From: a virus
Taxonomy: Duplodnaviria > Caudoviricetes
IMG/VR virus record: IMGVR_UViG_3300025652_000072
Coordinates: 1 to 60,037 of that record
Strand: one strand, 5' to 3'
Length of the DNA: 60,037 bases
Each line of letters opens with the position of its first letter. Position 1 is the stretch's first letter. This document shows, piece after piece, positions 46,786 to 57,131 of this stretch. The notes under the pieces are model-generated. The model saw only the letters and a program-made list of their open reading frames with translations, did no database searches and was not told where the DNA came from. Made by a program: the position numbers and the translations under genes.

Positions 46786-47697
46786 TTAAGCGGCTCCTGG
46801 AGAACCAAACACACACCTAGGGTCTGAAACCCCAAAACTGTATCTTTCACGAGCTTTATAACGAGCATTACCTGTATCAAAATCACCTTCCATAGAAGTT
46901 TTGATTGCGCTACGCTCAAAATGTTTAAAGCCGTTAGGAGCATCTGTTTTAATGAAAAACGCATCCGTATCGGTTAGGAAGTGGTTTACCACATAACCTT
47001 CTGGGAGCATTCCCATATTACGAACAGCGTTTATATCATTGTCTGCTGTTCCCGTACGAAGATTAGAAGCCATCAACCTTTCAGCTACGAACTGAAGTGC
47101 AGGTGGAATAATCATCTTACGGCCTTGCAGAGCAATTTTCAACCCACGCTCATCAATGAAAGCAGAAATGTCTATAAGAGACTGCTCTAGTGATGTTTCG
47201 TTAAGGTCAGCTGCTGTCGCTAACTCGTTAGCAAAGTTACCACCACCTACAGTTGGATGGTCTGTAGCACAAAGCTCTTTTCCATCACCATAAGTAGTAC
47301 CACTGTCAAACGCATTGTTTAGAACAGCGGCTGCTTTAACTTGCTTCGTGTTTGCCATGGAACGAGCTAATGCCTTTGTGTAACGAGAGCTAAGTCGGTC
47401 ATAGAGGTTATCCTCTACAGCTTCTTCAGTTATCGCAAACGCAAGGGAAATTGTTTCATGGGTGTAACGAGCAGTGTAAGCTTCGTTGGCAGTATCAAAA
47501 GAAACTGCTTGTCCTTCGCCTTTCACTGGTGCGCTACCAAACCCTGATAACATTACCTCTTCTTCAAACGCTCTGTCTGAAGATTCCGTTTCAAAAATTT
47601 CAGCATGTTCATTGTCATACCGATCGTATTCCAATCCAAAAAGCGCATGAAGTCCGGGTTCAAGCTCTTTAAGGAGTTGAGATCTTGCTATAGCCAT
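46786..47697 (-). CDS. Major capsid protein
   Basis: MAIARSQLLKELEPGLHALFGLEY, AITEEAVEDNLY, GDFDTGN.RYKARERYSFG; follows scaffold genes; strong RBS and terminator. Confidence 0.9.
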   Translation of the reverse strand: MAIARSQLLKELEPGLHALFGLEYDRYDNEHAEIFETESSDRAFEEEVMLSGFGSAPVKGEGQAVSFDTANEAYTARYTHETISLAFAITEEAVEDNLYDRLSSRYTKALARSMANTKQVKAAAVLNNAFDSGTTYGDGKELCATDHPTVGGGNFANELATAADLNETSLEQSLIDISAFIDERGLKIALQGRKMIIPPALQFVAERLMASNLRTGTADNDINAVRNMGMLPEGYVVNHFLTDTDAFFIKTDAPNGFKHFERSAIKTSMEGDFDTGNARYKARERYSFGVSDPRCVFGSPGAA

Positions 47698-47709
47698 ATC
47701 ATATCCTCC

Positions 47710-48324
47710 TTAGATTCCGGTTGTAGCTACATGGAAGGGAAGGTTCAACTTAACTAAAGCAATAACACCTGCTGCCGCATAATCAATACCTTCTACGTCT
47801 TTAAATCCGACGATTCTGAAGTTATCTGTTGCAGTAGTAGCTCCTGCTGTAGCTACAGAAAGCTCGCCAATAGAAATATTAGCACTCCCTGTTGTAGAAC
47901 CAAAACCTGCACCCTCAGCATTAGAATGAATTAGTGCTGTTGCAGTTGCTAGATTAGTTAGCGTTGCATCACACGATATTTCAAACACTTGCATAGGATC
48001 ATCATAAATAAACACAGTCGCTTCTGTGCCTGATTTAAGAGATGCTGTTCCAGGATAGTAGTTATTAAAAGTAGGCGTTCCGTCTAAAGCAGTATACTGA
48101 CAACCGCCCATAACACCAAGAATCGCTACCGAACCACCGTCTGCCGCACTTACATCTACAAGACCGTTTGTAAGAGGAATCACCATATCGCCTTGATATA
48201 TTGCGCTTGATGAACCTGCTACTCCAGGAATTTGTACTTTATAAGGCGTCAATCCATTGCCGTTCGGTGTAGACCCTATCTTGTTATGTGGACGAAGACC
48301 AAATGGGGAATCAATGTTCGCCAT
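47710..48324 (-). CDS. Capsid decoration/cement-like protein
   Basis: MANIDSPFGLRP, IYQGD; immediately upstream of the major capsid gene. Confidence 0.6.
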   Translation of the reverse strand: MANIDSPFGLRPHNKIGSTPNGNGLTPYKVQIPGVAGSSSAIYQGDMVIPLTNGLVDVSAADGGSVAILGVMGGCQYTALDGTPTFNNYYPGTASLKSGTEATVFIYDDPMQVFEISCDATLTNLATATALIHSNAEGAGFGSTTGSANISIGELSVATAGATTATDNFRIVGFKDVEGIDYAAAGVIALVKLNLPFHVATTGI

Positions 48325-48345
48325 GAGTTTTTCTCCTATAAAAGA

Positions 48346-48822
48346 TTAAGAATCGGATCCATTATCGGATCCACCAAAGGTTACACGAGACTGCCTATCA
48401 GGTTTACTAATAGGCATTGATGGATGTTGTTCCCTTAACAAATCATTATCAACGGCTTTCATTTGATCATCTGTTTTGTTTTTGAAATAATCGTTCCGTT
48501 GTTTATTTGTTTCAACAGGAAACCTTGCAAGTATCAGACCGCCAACCCCTATTACTCCGGCATGTTTGCCATCTTGTACTGTAGGGGCTTCAAAATCTGG
48601 ATACTCATCAGCGCGAACAAGTTCAAAGCCTTCGCGAAGGCGGGCAGAAAGGTTTTTTCTATCGTCGTAACCCATAACAGTTTCACGGATCCAACGATGA
48701 TGATAGCCTTCTGGGGGTGGTGGTGCGTCTAATTGAGACGGGGGTCGCCAAGGTTTAATTCGGCTTTCTTTTTCCCTTGATTGGGAAGAGCGTGGGCTTC
48801 TTTCAGACATAGTTATCCTCAC
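48346..48822 (-). CDS. Conserved head-module protein
   Basis: WRPPSQLDAP, HRWIR, REGFELVR, IGVGGLILAR. Confidence 0.65.
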   Translation of the reverse strand: MRITMSERSPRSSQSREKESRIKPWRPPSQLDAPPPPEGYHHRWIRETVMGYDDRKNLSARLREGFELVRADEYPDFEAPTVQDGKHAGVIGVGGLILARFPVETNKQRNDYFKNKTDDQMKAVDNDLLREQHPSMPISKPDRQSRVTFGGSDNGSDS

Positions 48823-49724
48823 GATGTTTGGAGGCGTTGCTTTTGCCTCGCATATTGTTCATAACTTACACCGAGTTTGTCAGCAATAGCAACCTCAGAT
48901 TTTGTAAGTTTGATTTTTTGTTGCTTTGATCTGGTCGAACCACGGTTTGCACTAGCAACCGCAGGACCAGAATTACGGTTACGAGCAGGGGCGGTTCCAA
49001 ACTTATGTGGGAACTCTGTTCGCATTCTTCTATCAACTTCATTATAATACTCATCGCTCTGTGGGTCATACCCTTCAGTATCAACCAACGTTTTATGAAT
49101 ACTAAATGCTGTTAATGTCATAGGCTCATCCGTACCAAACCATTCGTTTTTAGATGCCCAATCAGAGGCTTTAGGGTCTGGTGGGGGAGGCGTTTTTGCT
49201 AACTGTTGTTGGTATGGAGTAAGTTGTTGTGGCTGTTGTGGCTGTTGTGCCTGTCGCTCTCTTTGTGTTTTTACTTGAGCTAATCGTTCAGTGTGTACAC
49301 CAAGCTCGCCAAGTTTACCTTGAGCTTCAACCTGTGCATCAATATCTCCACGATCTATAGCCTCTTTCAGTGTGCTTTTCCAAAGTTCTTTTTCAGCCGT
49401 TACTCTGTTTTCAAACTCTGCTACATAAGAATTATCTAATGTACTTGTTTTTCTACGAACATCATCAAGTTCTTGTTTTGTTGCTTGAGCAAATGTTAAC
49501 GCTGCTTTTTCACGACGTTCTGCTTCTCGCATTTTTGCCGTCAGTTTGCTTATACGTTTTTGTACCCCTTCACTATACTGTTCTAACTCAGAAGAATCTT
49601 TTTCTTCAGGTGCGTCATCAACAACTTCAACATCAGATTGCTCCTGTTTTTCTGAAAGGTCTACTTCAACATTTTCTTCGTTTTCAGATTCTTCAAATTC
49701 TATTTCTTGTTGTGCTTCAGCCAT
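48819..49724 (-). CDS. Scaffolding protein
   Basis: Acidic N-terminus, coiled coil, WASKNEWFG, C-terminal LTKSEVAIADKLGVSYEQYA. Confidence 0.7.
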   Translation of the reverse strand: MAEAQQEIEFEESENEENVEVDLSEKQEQSDVEVVDDAPEEKDSSELEQYSEGVQKRISKLTAKMREAERREKAALTFAQATKQELDDVRRKTSTLDNSYVAEFENRVTAEKELWKSTLKEAIDRGDIDAQVEAQGKLGELGVHTERLAQVKTQRERQAQQPQQPQQLTPYQQQLAKTPPPPDPKASDWASKNEWFGTDEPMTLTAFSIHKTLVDTEGYDPQSDEYYNEVDRRMRTEFPHKFGTAPARNRNSGPAVASANRGSTRSKQQKIKLTKSEVAIADKLGVSYEQYARQKQRLQTS

Positions 49725-49737
49725 TTTCTACTCCGTC

Positions 49738-50229
49738 CTAAAAATGCAGTATGTCGTCAGGGTCAGTTATACGAGCAATGATTTCATCATCGTTAAGAAG
49801 ACGAACTTCACCCCCTTCTATTTTAAACCGACTTCCTGCATACCTTCCAAAAATAACCCAATCACCTTCTTTGCACCAAGGCTCTGAGTTTTCACCAAAC
49901 TTATCTGTATCTAAATAAGCTAAAGGGCCAACTTTAAGTACATATCCACAAACAGTACCTAATGCTTCTCTTTCTCTAACTTCTGTTGGTACGATAATGC
50001 CTCCATCAGTTTGCTTTTTACCTTGGTAGGGGAGTAACAATACTCGCCATCCTGTAGGTTGAGGCAATCTTCCTAATGCGCTACCAGATATTTTTGAAGG
50101 GTCTAAAAAACGGTCTTCCGCGCGAACATACGCTTGTTCTAAAGCTCCAACTTTTTTCTTTTCTTTTGGGGGGGCTTTTGGCTTTTTGTCCACATAATGA
50201 TCGGGAACAAGTAGTGTCTTAGTCATCAT
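49738..50229 (-). CDS. groES: GroES-like co-chaperonin
   Basis: PTGWRVLL, TDGGIIVP, VLKVGP, EGDWVIFGRYAG, LLNDDEIIA. Confidence 0.9.
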   Translation of the reverse strand: MMTKTLLVPDHYVDKKPKAPPKEKKKVGALEQAYVRAEDRFLDPSKISGSALGRLPQPTGWRVLLLPYQGKKQTDGGIIVPTEVREREALGTVCGYVLKVGPLAYLDTDKFGENSEPWCKEGDWVIFGRYAGSRFKIEGGEVRLLNDDEIIARITDPDDILHF

Positions 50230-50413
50230 CAGTTACCTTTTCTAGCAGGTCTTTAAGATCCTGTTCAGTTATAGCAAGTTCCCCAAGCCTCGCTCGGAGT
50301 TCCTTGAATGCAGTAAAATCTGGTACAGGCCCAAAACAAAGAGCATCTTGTACTACATTTTGCCGTTCACGGACATTCTTCAACATTTTTTCGTAGATGT
50401 AAAGGTCCGACAT
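50219..50413 (-). CDS. Small hypothetical protein
   Basis: Packed ORF. Confidence 0.6.
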   Translation of the reverse strand: MSDLYIYEKMLKNVRERQNVVQDALCFGPVPDFTAFKELRARLGELAITEQDLKDLLEKVTDDD

Positions 50414-50862
50414 TACATTAACTCAAAATGAGGGCCATCTATAAACGGCCTTTTGCCTTCTCCCCTACGAATGTCTATATAGTTCATCATAGCTTCTTCC
50501 ATTGTACCTTCCCATGCAGCAATATTTGCTGTAGTCCATGCACCGCCCCAACGGACGACGACGTTAAGTTCACGACATGCCTCTGCCATAGCATCAGCAA
50601 TTTCATCGTAAACGCTTAACTCCCAAGAAGCACGTCCATCAATATAAGCCATAAGGTCTACTGCTCTGCCGTCTAAATGTTTAGACTTCATCGTTTTTGT
50701 TGCACCTTTAGCAAATAAAGACTCTTGCTCTTCTATTGTTCGTTTACCACAAATAACACCAAAATCTACTGTAGTTACTGTAATTGCTTTTTTCACAACT
50801 TTGACTAAAGTGCTGTTTACACCCTCTAATCGTTCATTGCTTCTTGTTGATAGCATAAACAT
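50413..50862 (-). CDS. Endolysin, M15-family peptidase
   Basis: GKRTIEEQ, SKHLDGRAVD, WGGAW, DGPHFEL. Confidence 0.9.
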   Translation of the reverse strand: MFMLSTRSNERLEGVNSTLVKVVKKAITVTTVDFGVICGKRTIEEQESLFAKGATKTMKSKHLDGRAVDLMAYIDGRASWELSVYDEIADAMAEACRELNVVVRWGGAWTTANIAAWEGTMEEAMMNYIDIRRGEGKRPFIDGPHFELM

Positions 50863-51263
50863 TATTTAGAAATCCCCTTGTATTTCTCAAAACTTCTCAA
50901 ACCACCTAACCCTAACATTCCCATCAACACAGGCATCATTTCACTTAGGTCTAACGCAGGGATAGCAACTAAGTAATTAAATTGTGCTAATGTAAACATC
51001 AGTATGGGGTGGATTACATAGTTGTAAGCCATTGCAACACCACATGTCCAACCAATAAATGGACGCCATCCTGCTATAAAAACATTCCTGCTTTGTGCCT
51101 CTGCCTTGTTTATTTCAAGCTGACCTTTGGCAAGCTCTTGGGCATGGCGTTCTGCCATTGTAGATATTTCATGGGCAAGTTGGTTCTTTTGATCTTTATC
51201 TTCTATAAATTTATCAAGCAGTCCTGTAACTGGTTGGACTAAAGAGCCTAATAAATTTATCAT
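50862..51263 (-). CDS. Holin (GTA-type 3TM family)
   Basis: GWRPFIGW, GMLGLGGLRSFEK; adjacent to the endolysin. Confidence 0.8.
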   Translation of the reverse strand: MINLLGSLVQPVTGLLDKFIEDKDQKNQLAHEISTMAERHAQELAKGQLEINKAEAQSRNVFIAGWRPFIGWTCGVAMAYNYVIHPILMFTLAQFNYLVAIPALDLSEMMPVLMGMLGLGGLRSFEKYKGISK

Positions 51264-51538
51264 TTTTTATTCGCCCATGTTGTAAATCCCATATATGCTC
51301 CGCAAAGACTAGCGAGAGCAAAATACATAGAACTAATCAGCCCACTTAGCGCAGTTACTCTTGCTTCAGGAACAATAGGCGTACACATGAGGATTGTAAT
51401 ACAAACCATCAATACAAAAGCGCAAATAGCCATGTACCTCTGCGTTTCTTGTTTATCATGAGCATCGCTTGCCTCTTGTAAAGCGATATCATCTGCATCG
51501 ATGTTACCATCGCCATCCATATCTTTTATAGGGGTCAT
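51260..51538 (-). CDS. Two-TM membrane protein with an EF-hand-like loop
   Basis: DMDGDGNIDADD plus two hydrophobic helices. Confidence 0.6.
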   Translation of the reverse strand: MTPIKDMDGDGNIDADDIALQEASDAHDKQETQRYMAICAFVLMVCITILMCTPIVPEARVTALSGLISSMYFALASLCGAYMGFTTWANKK

Positions 51539-52233
51539 TTTTTCTTCCCTTTCTTTTTACCTTCTGAATATAAATTATTAAAAGTAGTAATAGGGTCTAA
51601 GTAAGAATCATGCCCTTCTGCAGAATGCACCCATTGTGAAGGAGCAAAATCTGGCGCACCTTCCCCTGTTCTCCACAAAGCAGGACTCGTAGCTCGCACT
51701 CTATTATTGGGCAATGCTACAAAATTACCTGTCCAACTACCTGCATCGGTAAGGTAAATTACATGAGATTGTTTATGTTGTGCAGGGTCATCTGCTATAT
51801 CGTTTCCTGTATAATCTACCGTAAACATATACTTACCTGTGTAAAATTCACCATCTATTTTACAAAGCCAAGGCGAAGAACTCACTCTATCCATAACAAC
51901 TACACTATGCTCTCTAGATTCGCAATCCCAAGGTTGACACAAATGGTCTAACATAGGTTCAGGCCACTCTTCTACAGGTATATCGGCAACTAAACCTTCT
52001 ATTGGCATCCTTGCCCACATAGCTCCACCATGTAAGTTTTGCCCCATATCATTACCTTCAAGCTCTTCACAACCTGTAAAAACAACCTGAAAACTTAACG
52101 ACCTATCGGGTATTGTATTTACAGCAATAGCAATAGCATGAAGAAACTCACCATGATAATTGGTATGGTTGCAAGTAAATTCTTTCCGCACCCAACAATT
52201 AAAGTGCGGAATATTACTAATAAGATAGGACAT
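51535..52233 (-). CDS. Conserved hypothetical phage protein
   Basis: HGGAMWARMP, QPWDC, FTVDY, HKQSH, ALPNNR. Confidence 0.7.
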   Translation of the reverse strand: MSYLISNIPHFNCWVRKEFTCNHTNYHGEFLHAIAIAVNTIPDRSLSFQVVFTGCEELEGNDMGQNLHGGAMWARMPIEGLVADIPVEEWPEPMLDHLCQPWDCESREHSVVVMDRVSSSPWLCKIDGEFYTGKYMFTVDYTGNDIADDPAQHKQSHVIYLTDAGSWTGNFVALPNNRVRATSPALWRTGEGAPDFAPSQWVHSAEGHDSYLDPITTFNNLYSEGKKKGKKK

Positions 52234-52239
52234 TACCTA

Positions 52240-54615
52240 TCAACCTCTAGTATTTGCATTTTTCTGTTGTGCTATCCTCGCTCGCATTTGAGCAATATCT
52301 TCTGTACTGTTAATTCTATCTTGACCTAACTGGAACTGTTGCTGTTGCCGTTGTTGGTCAAGTGCTAATTTCCTTTGATCTATTTGTTGGTCTGCCATCA
52401 TTTCCTGTTCACGCAACTGCAACTCTTGCTGTTTTATCTGCACTAATGGGTCTTGGTCTTGTGCAGGTGGTTGTGATTGTTGAAACTGAGCAAATAACTG
52501 TGCTTGCATCTGGGCAACCATAGCTTCCTGTTGCTCTGGCGGTACTTGTTGCCCCTGCATTTGTTGTTGAACAGCAACTTTCGCTTTTAACCCTAAATGC
52601 TCGTATATATGTTTTTCTAACAATATCGCAACAGGTGGTTGTATCTGCGCTACTTTACTATTCATGTATGCTAGATGCACCGCAATATGAGCATCGTGGT
52701 CCTGTTCTGGAAACGCCTGTAATGTACCCTGTCCATTTGCAACATTACTTGTTTCCATGTTTTCCATAGCAGGATCCATGGGACGTTGTTCAGGTTCCGG
52801 TTTTAGTATTTGGTCTATATTATTCACACCTAACGCTTCATACACACGGTGGTATGCCTCATACAAATTGTGCATATCGGGGGCCGCTACCGCTAATTTT
52901 AACTGCTCTTGAGCTAAAACAACCCTTTGTGACATACTAAAGATGTTCGGGTCACTTACTGGTAGTATATCTATCCTACCATCAAAATCTTGGCTTTTTA
53001 TCTGCCCATCTACACCTGTATCGTAAGGGTAAGGCCGTGGATCTTGGGCAAATAACGCTCCTAACATCTTTAATTCATGTTTTAATGACGCATGTAGCCG
53101 TTTATGCACCGCTGAAACTATACGGCTTCCTCGCTCAAGTAACGCAATGGTCGTACCAACTGGCATTTCTTGGTTACCCTGACCAACACCCATATCAGTC
53201 GTACCAATAAAGCGTTGCGCGGCCTCAACAACAAAACCCATAAGCTGAAACAGGGTAGCACTCGGCTCTTTATACGGTAATGGCATCAAAGACGCCTTTA
53301 AATCTCCTCCAGGAACATCAACATCCCTAAATTCTCCAGGACTCAACGGGTTTTGCTCATCTGCAATCCGCAAACCGCGAGCTTTAAACCCTGCGGGCAT
53401 ATTTGCCAACGTTCCTGAGTCAATTAACTGGCGTAAATTAGCCGTTGCCGTACGAGACAAGTTGCCAAGCAAATGTATCAGCCCAAAACCATAAAAACCA
53501 AGTCCTGGAGTAAATTTATACTGCACGAAATGTTGAATTTTATCTTTATTTGGGTCATCTTGTAGGTAATTACGCCTAATTGACAATACATCCCCTGTAT
53601 CTTTACATACAGTTACGATATAAGGCAGTTTTAAACCTGTTTCTTCGTCATTTTCTCCCTTATCTGCATATTCTTCTAGGTCTAAGAAACAATGACATTC
53701 GTACAAAGTAAACTGTTCATCATTATATGTAGGGCTTATGCCTTCTATATCATCATAAGCTGATTGAACTTCATCCGTAGAGGAAGAAGCACTGCTTTCC
53801 CCCTCCATATCCATGTAAAAACCAGAAAGTTGTAACTTCTTCAACTCATTTTGTGAGATTTTTATAACATGTGTTATACGTTCTGCCGACTGTAAGTCCG
53901 TAGCAATGTATGGAACAATCACTTCTTCAGCAGGAACAAACTTACTTACTGGCCTATCTAGCATTTCATCACGATAAACCTTCTTAAACGCACTTCCTGC
54001 CAAACCTAAGTAATAAAGCATCTGGTCAAACTCAGGCTCGTACTCTTCCATTTCATACATTATCTGGTAATTCATGTATTCCTGCACACGTTGAGCCTGT
54101 TGCTCTATCGCAGGAGTAGGCATACCAATAATATTCGCGCGGACAGGGCCTCCACTTGGCAACATCTCCTTATAAGCAGATGCCTGAAACTGTGTAATAG
54201 CCTCGTTCAGTAATGGGTGGATAACACCAGTTGCACCTTCAAACGGTTCCGTACGAGTTTCGTACCGCATACCCAGTAAATCCAAACCCTTTACATAAGT
54301 ATCTTCCCAATCACTACGGCTGTTTTTATCCTCCTCTACAGAAGACGTAACATAACTCGCAACCTCACCTAATGTAGTATCTTTTAAATTTTCCGCTAAA
54401 TTATCGTAAAAGTTTTCTGGCTCCTCACCAAAAACAACCTCTTCCATACCTGTAGTTATTTCTACCCCACCATCATCATCTTCTACAATTTCAACCTCGC
54501 CATCAAAAAACATATCCTGCTGAGCTTGTAGATCCTCCTCTTCAAAACTCATATCCTCTACAGGAGCCTGTATCAACGCCCGATCTACATTATTTACCTT
54601 AGGAGACAATGCCAT
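52240..54615 (-). CDS. Portal protein
   Basis: PFEGATGVIHPLL, GSAFKKVY, GFYGFGLIHL, PYKEPS; follows terL. Confidence 0.9.
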   Translation of the reverse strand: MALSPKVNNVDRALIQAPVEDMSFEEEDLQAQQDMFFDGEVEIVEDDDGGVEITTGMEEVVFGEEPENFYDNLAENLKDTTLGEVASYVTSSVEEDKNSRSDWEDTYVKGLDLLGMRYETRTEPFEGATGVIHPLLNEAITQFQASAYKEMLPSGGPVRANIIGMPTPAIEQQAQRVQEYMNYQIMYEMEEYEPEFDQMLYYLGLAGSAFKKVYRDEMLDRPVSKFVPAEEVIVPYIATDLQSAERITHVIKISQNELKKLQLSGFYMDMEGESSASSSTDEVQSAYDDIEGISPTYNDEQFTLYECHCFLDLEEYADKGENDEETGLKLPYIVTVCKDTGDVLSIRRNYLQDDPNKDKIQHFVQYKFTPGLGFYGFGLIHLLGNLSRTATANLRQLIDSGTLANMPAGFKARGLRIADEQNPLSPGEFRDVDVPGGDLKASLMPLPYKEPSATLFQLMGFVVEAAQRFIGTTDMGVGQGNQEMPVGTTIALLERGSRIVSAVHKRLHASLKHELKMLGALFAQDPRPYPYDTGVDGQIKSQDFDGRIDILPVSDPNIFSMSQRVVLAQEQLKLAVAAPDMHNLYEAYHRVYEALGVNNIDQILKPEPEQRPMDPAMENMETSNVANGQGTLQAFPEQDHDAHIAVHLAYMNSKVAQIQPPVAILLEKHIYEHLGLKAKVAVQQQMQGQQVPPEQQEAMVAQMQAQLFAQFQQSQPPAQDQDPLVQIKQQELQLREQEMMADQQIDQRKLALDQQRQQQQFQLGQDRINSTEDIAQMRARIAQQKNANTRG

Positions 54616-56081
54616 TAATAGTAACTCCTCATTCTAGGGGCAGACTCTTCATCCTCATAATCTTCCGGATGTTGAATAAAACCGCCCTCTCTAAATCTTC
54701 GCAACGCCTGTGTCACCGTATCAACATAATCATCATGCTCTCCGGCAGGAAACGCCGCACACTCCTCAATAACTTCTTCCGACCAACGTGTATCTGGAGC
54801 CCATACTAATCCTGATTCTAGTAAAGGTGCAATAGAATTCACTCTCGTATGTTTATCATTTCCTCTCGACGGGCTGTAATTCTGTACCGGAATGCCCATG
54901 TTCCGCAACTCCTGAGTCAACGGCATACCCGACGCTTTCGCCTCAATCAACACACACTCGGGGTCCCAATACTTATACTCCTCTAACGCCTTACGACGCA
55001 AGTCCGGAAAATCCCATCTGCCTCTCTGCGCATCAACCAATAATATATTCGCAGGAGCACCATCATATGGATAAAAAACACCCCACGTTGTTATAGCACT
55101 AAAATCCGCAGACTCCTTCTTACTATACGCTGTATCATAAGACTGCATCACATAATCTAAATTAGGCAAATCCTCCTTCTTCCACTCCTGCCACCACTCA
55201 CGTTTAAGTATCGCGGCTCCCTCACTCGTCGGGTTCTGCTGCCACTGCGCTTCCCACTTACCTACAGACAAACTTCCCTTAACCGCTAATAAATCTTCTT
55301 GCTTCCAATACTCAGGCCACAACGGTTTATTTGTCTCGGGCATCAAAGCAGGGAACTCCACAACCTCCCACTTATCAGCCAATATATCTCGCGCTTGCTG
55401 TCGCAACAACTTCCCCGTCAAATCGTTTTCTGCCCAACGAGTCATTATAATTACTATACTCCCTCCGGGCTGTAACCTTTGACGTGGCCCAGAAGTATAC
55501 CACTCATACGCATGTTCCAACGCAGTAGGGGACAAAGCATCTTGCTCGGAATGGGGGTCATCGATAATTAACAAATCCGCACCACGGCCCGTCACCGCTC
55601 CACCAACTCCAGCCGCAAAATATTCACCACCCTTAGAAGTTTCCCATCTTCCAGCAGCTTGGCTATCCGCTCGCAACTCCACATCAAATATTCCACGGTA
55701 CTCCTGCGAATTCATCAGGTTTCTCGTCTTACGTCCAAACCTAAACGCCAACTCCGCAGTATGCGTAGTCTGCATTATCTTCAACGTAGGCCTCTTACCC
55801 ATCAACCACGAAGGCAGCAAATAACTTCCAAACTCACTCTTCGTATGTCGGGGGGGCATATTCACAATTAAACGCTTTAAATCACCAGTAGCCAAACGAT
55901 TAAACTTCTCAGCCATAATTCCATGGTGGCGACCATTCACAAACTCAGGCCAAACCATTTTACAATACGTCATAAAATCATTCTGCGCAGCTTCAGTCTT
56001 ACTCAAATAACTCGCACGGTCCAATAACGTAGCAAACTTCTTCAAATGTTCCTCAGGAACATACTCTAAACCACTATCCAT
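54615..56081 (-). CDS. terL: Terminase large subunit
   Basis: NMPPRHTKS, TGRGADLLIIDDP, MTRW, DTA, IEAKASG, HDDYVD. Confidence 0.95.
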   Translation of the reverse strand: MDSGLEYVPEEHLKKFATLLDRASYLSKTEAAQNDFMTYCKMVWPEFVNGRHHGIMAEKFNRLATGDLKRLIVNMPPRHTKSEFGSYLLPSWLMGKRPTLKIMQTTHTAELAFRFGRKTRNLMNSQEYRGIFDVELRADSQAAGRWETSKGGEYFAAGVGGAVTGRGADLLIIDDPHSEQDALSPTALEHAYEWYTSGPRQRLQPGGSIVIIMTRWAENDLTGKLLRQQARDILADKWEVVEFPALMPETNKPLWPEYWKQEDLLAVKGSLSVGKWEAQWQQNPTSEGAAILKREWWQEWKKEDLPNLDYVMQSYDTAYSKKESADFSAITTWGVFYPYDGAPANILLVDAQRGRWDFPDLRRKALEEYKYWDPECVLIEAKASGMPLTQELRNMGIPVQNYSPSRGNDKHTRVNSIAPLLESGLVWAPDTRWSEEVIEECAAFPAGEHDDYVDTVTQALRRFREGGFIQHPEDYEDEESAPRMRSYY

Positions 56082-56087
56082 TATAAA

Positions 56088-56243
56088 CTAATCACTCAAC
56101 TCATTAGCAACCTCTCCTTGGCAACACTCATCTATGTTTTTTCCACAAGCACACTGCAAATGTCCTCCTACATAATGGTTTCCCAAAGGGTTCTTTTCAC
56201 AACCACACTTTTCACAAATTTCAAAATCATTTTCAACCAACAA
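56088..56243 (-). CDS. Small Cys-rich Zn-finger protein, 51 aa, TTG start; not in the ORF track
   Basis: CEKC...GHLQCACGKNIDECCQGE; GAGGAG RBS. Confidence 0.6.
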   Translation of the reverse strand: MLVENDFEICEKCGCEKNPLGNHYVGGHLQCACGKNIDECCQGEVANELSD

Positions 56244-56505
56244 AACATTTCTCCTCAATATTCAATAATTTCTTATATATCGAAAATTTTTCAAGGACAA
56301 TGAACCTATAATCAATAACAACAATAAAGGGGGGTAGGTCAACTGTTTAAGGACTCATATAGTTGACTTTTTGTGAAATGTTTTTGGATCATGTAGAAAT
56401 GTTCAGAACAGGGTAAAGGGTGCTACTAATACCACCCTTTTTGCTCAGGGGGGGCGGGCAAAAACCGTGCCAGTTTTACCGCACCAAATTTTAGGGGTAC
56501 CTTAT

Positions 56506-56534
56506 AAAAAAGGGGCGGGTAAAAAACCCGCCCC
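56506..56534 (-). terminator. Rho-independent terminator of the TC-free gene
   Basis: ggggcgggt / acccgcccc stem with a T6 run on the minus strand. Confidence 0.8.
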
Positions 56535-56545
56535 AAATTAAAACC

Positions 56546-57037
56546 CTACTTTTTAGGGGCCTTGGTTTGTGGCTTAACTACTAGCTGTACTTGTGGTACG
56601 CCCCATGTACTTGCGCTACGGCTAAACCCGCCGTTAAGCAATGCCAGTAAAACAATAGGTTTTACCGCACTTTGGCCGCCGCTTGGTATACCCAACGCGC
56701 CCTTGCTTTTACAGGCGTTTAACCAAGCACCTAATGTTAGCTGGCCATTAAGTGCGTGCCATAACATAGTTTGGCGCACGCCGTATTGCTTGGCATTAAA
56801 ACCACCTAGCGTTTTACTAGGGGCCTTGCCGCCTTTGCCCATTGTAAAACTAGCAAAGGTAACGCCGTTGCATGGTACTATTGCAACGTTGTTAGGGTTG
56901 CCGCCAGCGTGGGTAGCTAGCCATTGGTTTACAGCTGCATAATTAAATGCCCCTGTTTTGGTAAGTAGTGGGCCTTTAAGTGTAGCACCTGTAACAACCG
57001 TGTTACTTGGTGCAGTAGTGGTATTTGCTTGTGCCAT
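56546..57037 (-). CDS. Asp/Glu-free basic protein (163 aa), paralog of 687..1193
   Basis: Own promoter, AAAGGGTT RBS and terminator; homologous blocks to 687..1193. Confidence 0.85.
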   Translation of the reverse strand: MAQANTTTAPSNTVVTGATLKGPLLTKTGAFNYAAVNQWLATHAGGNPNNVAIVPCNGVTFASFTMGKGGKAPSKTLGGFNAKQYGVRQTMLWHALNGQLTLGAWLNACKSKGALGIPSGGQSAVKPIVLLALLNGGFSRSASTWGVPQVQLVVKPQTKAPKK

Positions 57038-57100
57038 TTTTTTAACCCTTTAAATGGTGGGGCCTTGCCCCGTTAACCGCCAGCGGTTGCTGGCATGCCT

Positions 57101-57131
57101 ATTATATAACACCCCATTAAATGTAATACAA
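57101..57131 (-). promoter_or_regulatory. Sigma70-like promoter of the TC-free gene
   Basis: Minus strand TTGTAT...TGTTATATAAT with an AT-rich upstream tract. Confidence 0.55.

Noticed and set aside
46728-46964. 78-aa alternate-frame ORF as a capsid frameshift extension
   Set aside because: It runs through the terminator and parS, and no convincing slippery site was seen at the capsid 3' end.
298-55871. Numerous short plus-strand ORFs in the track
   Set aside because: Antisense to well-supported minus-strand genes; only 18092..19531 and 19519..20166 are supported on the plus strand.
56562-56942. Plus-strand 126-aa ORF
   Set aside because: Antisense shadow of the real gene, which has a paralog, RBS and terminator.
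56546-57037. TC/GA absence as a by-product of protein composition or low complexity
   Set aside because: Loss of Asp/Glu removes only codon-initial GA on one strand. TC and GA are missing in all frames and in ~230 bp of non-coding flank, and the sequence is otherwise complex.
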